Below are positions 62,395-64,000 of a stretch of 64,000 nt of DNA, in pieces (the stretch's first letter is position 1; every line of letters begins with the position of its first letter). Origin of the DNA: Gnetum montanum (lineage: Eukaryota; Plantae; Gnetophyta). The DNA is taken from positions 147,051 to 211,050 of the forward strand of contig MNCI01003108.1 of the NCBI GenBank assembly GCA_015680685.1. Direction: 5' to 3'. The notes under the pieces were generated by a model. The model worked only from the letters and a program-made list of their open reading frames with translations, did not search any database and had not been told where the DNA came from. A program made the position numbers and the translations under genes.

Positions 62395-62406
62395 TCTCCA
62401 ATACCA
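62395..62406 (-). promoter_or_regulatory. Primer-binding site (tRNA-iMet-like, decayed)
   Basis: TGGTATTGGAGA 2 nt after the 5' LTR. Confidence 0.7.
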
Positions 62407-63652
62407 ATTGTTATAATCGGATGCAATAGTTTCAATAAAATAGTCAGTAGATCAGATCTGAAAAAAACACTAGAGAAGCTCCAGAGAAATTATTAGAATG
62501 TTGTATATCTGAATAAAACATTAAAGGCAAGAAATATCACGCTGTAGCAAATCAAATAGATGCAATAAATCACTAAAAAACTGCTGTAAACTCCAGCAAA
62601 CGTTTGCTATAAAAATAGAATGAAAATAGCACAAGAACACAGAAATTTACATGGTTCAGGCTCCTTTTACCCTACCTCCATGACAATGCTAATATGCTTT
62701 CTATTCTGCTCAAATCTTAAGGACACAAGTTGTCCTTATAGCTTTCCCAAGCACCCAATATGTTACTCCAACAGATCTCAGATCAACATCAAAAAAGACT
62801 CTCGTCTCCAAGGTAAAACCTTAATACAATGCTTCCACCTCAAAAACACCCACACCTAAAGGCTACCGCAAGCCTTCTATTTATAAGGAAACATTAGGAC
62901 CAAACCCCAATCCTCACACACATGGAATAAAACACATCCCCACATAAACATCACTTTACAAACTGACCCCTTTTAAAAACATAAAAGGAAATACAACAAA
63001 TAATACTAATGTATTTGTCTTCATTTTTCCAACAAAATATGCACGTATTGCAATTTGATAGAATAGGTCATTTTCAGGAAATAGATAATTACAGTTAGCT
63101 GAGGAAGATGTATGAAAGATTAATATTCAATTTAAAAGCTTTCTTCAACAAACTCAACCAACATAATAATTCATCAAAGGTATGTCATTCTAACTCCTAT
63201 AATTAGTATAATAAGTGTAATCATCAAAGGTAGTTACACAAGAACAATTAGTTTCCATTTCTGAAAATGTAAATGGTAACATGGGCACTTAAAGCATTAC
63301 TAACAAGGAAGTCAATCAAGGAAATATAAATGATAGGAATGCTATGCAAATTATATTCTTGACCAATCCAAATCTTTTTGTTAATTACGAGCAATTAATT
63401 CATATAAATTTTTGACAATTAACAAAATTTTAACAAAAGTTGAATCTTTAGAAAGGAGTAGTTCATGACTTTTGACAATGAGATGCTATATCAAATCTTA
63501 ACTTTGAAATTATTACAATGGAGAAGTCCAGGATGGATTTTACAGTAGCAATGGATCAAGAGAAGGAGATCCTACATCACAATTTTTGTTTATTATGGTG
63601 GTTAAAGTTTTAAAATGCTTGACTAAATAGAAAGCTAAAATGGAAAAATTAA

Positions 63653-63906
63653 AGACATGTTTGGTTACCCAAATCCACCAATTGTTGAATCTACAAATTC
63701 AACTTCTTAACCTAAAACATTTGTTTGTTTTTGCAAGGTGATTCTTCAGATTTCTATGTGGGCAGCCAGATACACCTCATTCTTGTGCCTTTTTATTCTT
63801 TCTCTATTTGACCTTCCAAGATATAATATTTCCAAATTCATAAATTTATCAACTTAGTCACGATATTGGTAAAGGCACCAGCAAATTAGTGCAACCAAAC
63901 ATACCC
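63653..63906. mobile_element. PIF/Harbinger (Tourist-like) MITE
   Basis: TIRs AGACATGTTTGGTT...AACCAAACATACCC; TAA TSD at 63650-63652 and 63907-63909. Confidence 0.75.
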
Positions 63907-64000
63907 TAAAGCAATTACAGTAGCTTACGGTTTGCCTAATTTTACACATGCAATTTCATGATGACACTTTCATTTTCCTTGAAACTGAAGAATGATACAT

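Larger units (their letters stand above)
57775..63034 (-). mobile_element. Full-length Ty1/copia LTR retrotransposon (non-functional)
   Basis: LTRs 57775-58399 and 62409-63034 (TG...CA); TSD AAATA at 57770-57774 and 63035-63039; PBS, PPT and gag-pol all present. Confidence 0.97.

Overview
Eukaryotic land-plant nuclear DNA from a draft assembly with N gaps. Most or all of the window lies inside one minus-strand host gene resembling Arabidopsis At3g03560/At5g23490 (AIR9-like Ig repeat). Eight GT-AG exons totalling 997 bp splice in frame across introns of up to 17.5 kb. The introns hold about ten degenerate L1-clade LINE copies, one full-length Ty1/copia element with LTRs and target-site duplication (TSD), a copia solo LTR, other LTR remnants, SINEs and Tourist-like MITEs. 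The main result concerns the LINEs. Their ORF2 does not end in RNase H after the zf-RVT domain. It continues in frame into a domain resembling the 'putative plant transposon protein' (Transposase_32-like) extra ORFs of LTR retrotransposons, then a Pro-rich linker, a long coiled coil and a C-terminal DnaJ/Hsp40-type J-domain. J-domain remnants occur in eight copies from several diverged subfamilies. No copy has an intact HPD motif, but the variants (HLD x4, HPN, HQD, one 1-nt deletion) mostly reconstruct to HPD via methyl-C deamination. All domain calls are by eye; no HMM or BLAST search was run.
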